Shown: positions 63,282-64,000 of the stretch, in pieces
How positions within the stretch are numbered: position 1 is the stretch's first letter
Layout of the letters: the number at the start of each line of letters is the position of its first letter
Translations under genes and position numbers: made by a program
NCBI GenBank assembly: GCA_017503105.1
Contig: JAFVTS010000008.1
Coordinates: 69,453 to 133,452, forward strand
DNA length: 64,000 bases
Source of the DNA: Clostridia bacterium
GTDB taxonomy: Bacteria > Bacillota > Clostridia > Oscillospirales > CAG-272
Direction of reading: 5' to 3'
The notes under the pieces: model-generated
What the model saw: only the letters and a program-made list of their open reading frames with translations
Databases searched by the model: none
Told to the model about the DNA's origin: nothing

Positions 63282-64000
63282 TGGCAGAAATAATTGACGG
63301 AAAATTAGTGACACAAGTAACCAGAAAGAAAACGGCAGAAATGACCGCTCGCTTCAAGGAGCTTACGGGAGTTACTCCCGGACTTGCGGTAATACTCGTC
63401 GGAGACGATCCTGCCTCCGCGGTATACGTAAGAAACAAGCACAAGGGCTGCCTTGACATCGGAATGAACTCTTTCCAAATCGAATACCCGAAGGAAACGA
63501 CGGAGGAGGAGCTTCTTTCAAAGATCAAAGAACTCAACGAGGACGAAAACGTCCACGGAATTCTTGTCCAGCTTCCGCTGCCCAAGCATATAAACGAGGA
63601 TAACGTAATAAACGCTATCTCTCCGCTCAAGGACGTCGATGCATTCCATCCCGAAAACGTGGGAAAGATACTTATCGGTAAATACGATTTTCTCCCCTGT
63701 ACGCCCGCGGGTGTTATGGAGCTTCTTGCTTTTTATAATATTGATATTGAAGGCAAGGAGTGCGTGGTGCTCGGAAGAAGCAACATCGTTGGTAAGCCGA
63801 TGTCCTTGCTCCTTCTTCAGAAGAACGGCACCGTCACCGTCTGCCACTCAAGAACGAAGAATCTTGCCGATATTACAAGACGCGCCGACATACTCGTCGT
63901 AGCCATAGGCAAGGCTGATTTCGTGACCGCAGATATGGTCAAGGAGGGTGCTGTCGTAATAGACGTCGGTATCAACAGAAAGCCTGACGGAAAGCTTACG
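63281..64000 (+). CDS. folD: Bifunctional methylenetetrahydrofolate dehydrogenase/cyclohydrolase (3'-truncated by the window edge)
   Basis: Absent from the ORF track because no stop codon lies in the window. Hand translation MAEIIDGKLV...PGLAVILVGDDPASAVYVRNK...HGILVQLPLP. TAATG overlap with lgt. Confidence 0.85.
   Translation, partial: MAEIIDGKLVTQVTRKKTAEMTARFKELTGVTPGLAVILVGDDPASAVYVRNKHKGCLDIGMNSFQIEYPKETTEEELLSKIKELNEDENVHGILVQLPLPKHINEDNVINAISPLKDVDAFHPENVGKILIGKYDFLPCTPAGVMELLAFYNIDIEGKECVVLGRSNIVGKPMSLLLLQKNGTVTVCHSRTKNLADITRRADILVVAIGKADFVTADMVKEGAVVIDVGINRKPDGKLT

Noticed and set aside
1-64000. CRISPR arrays, rRNA genes, additional tRNAs within the prophage, and a second DGR target
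   Set aside because: None was found on reading. The only regularly spaced repeats are the TTTGCA array and the coding 55-aa repeats. No other copy of the TR sequence was noticed.

Overview
Firmicutes/Clostridia-style chromosome segment in three blocks. No database or profile search was run, so all family names come from motifs read in the translations. (1) Host block, 1-8003: comF-like gene, the rplA-rplK-nusG-secE-rpmG cluster, a 2-hydroxyacid dehydrogenase, a CDF transporter, acpP and an NfeD/SPFH pair. (2) Prophage, 8004-53135 (~45.1 kb), almost entirely on the minus strand. It is bounded by a perfect 25-bp direct repeat that contains an 18-bp AT palindrome. It encodes terS/terL, a portal candidate, two giant virion-module proteins of 1202 aa and 3352 aa, scaffold and capsid candidates, tail proteins, and a complete diversity-generating retroelement (RT, TR, VR, VR-proximal hairpin). 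The early region carries a YqaJ exonuclease, RecT, SSB, VRR-NUC, and an MT-A70 methylase / radical SAM / ASCH gene run. I see no tyrosine or serine integrase and no CI/Cro pair. The only recombinase is an IS30-family DDE transposase ~80 bp from the left end, and a stand-alone paralogue of its N-terminal HTH is the first gene at the right end. The left end also holds divergent consensus promoters, an RHH gene, a highly structured ~190-nt RNA and a helically phased TTTGCA array. (3) Host block, 53136-64000: tRNA-Arg(UCU) and tRNA-His(GUG), an MBL-fold hydrolase, a ClpC-like ATPase, SpoIID/PG-binding proteins, ThuA, prs, Rrf2, lgt and partial folD. No CRISPR array or rRNA was seen. The lead hypothesis is that the whole phage integrates as an IS30-type transposable unit that duplicates a palindromic target.
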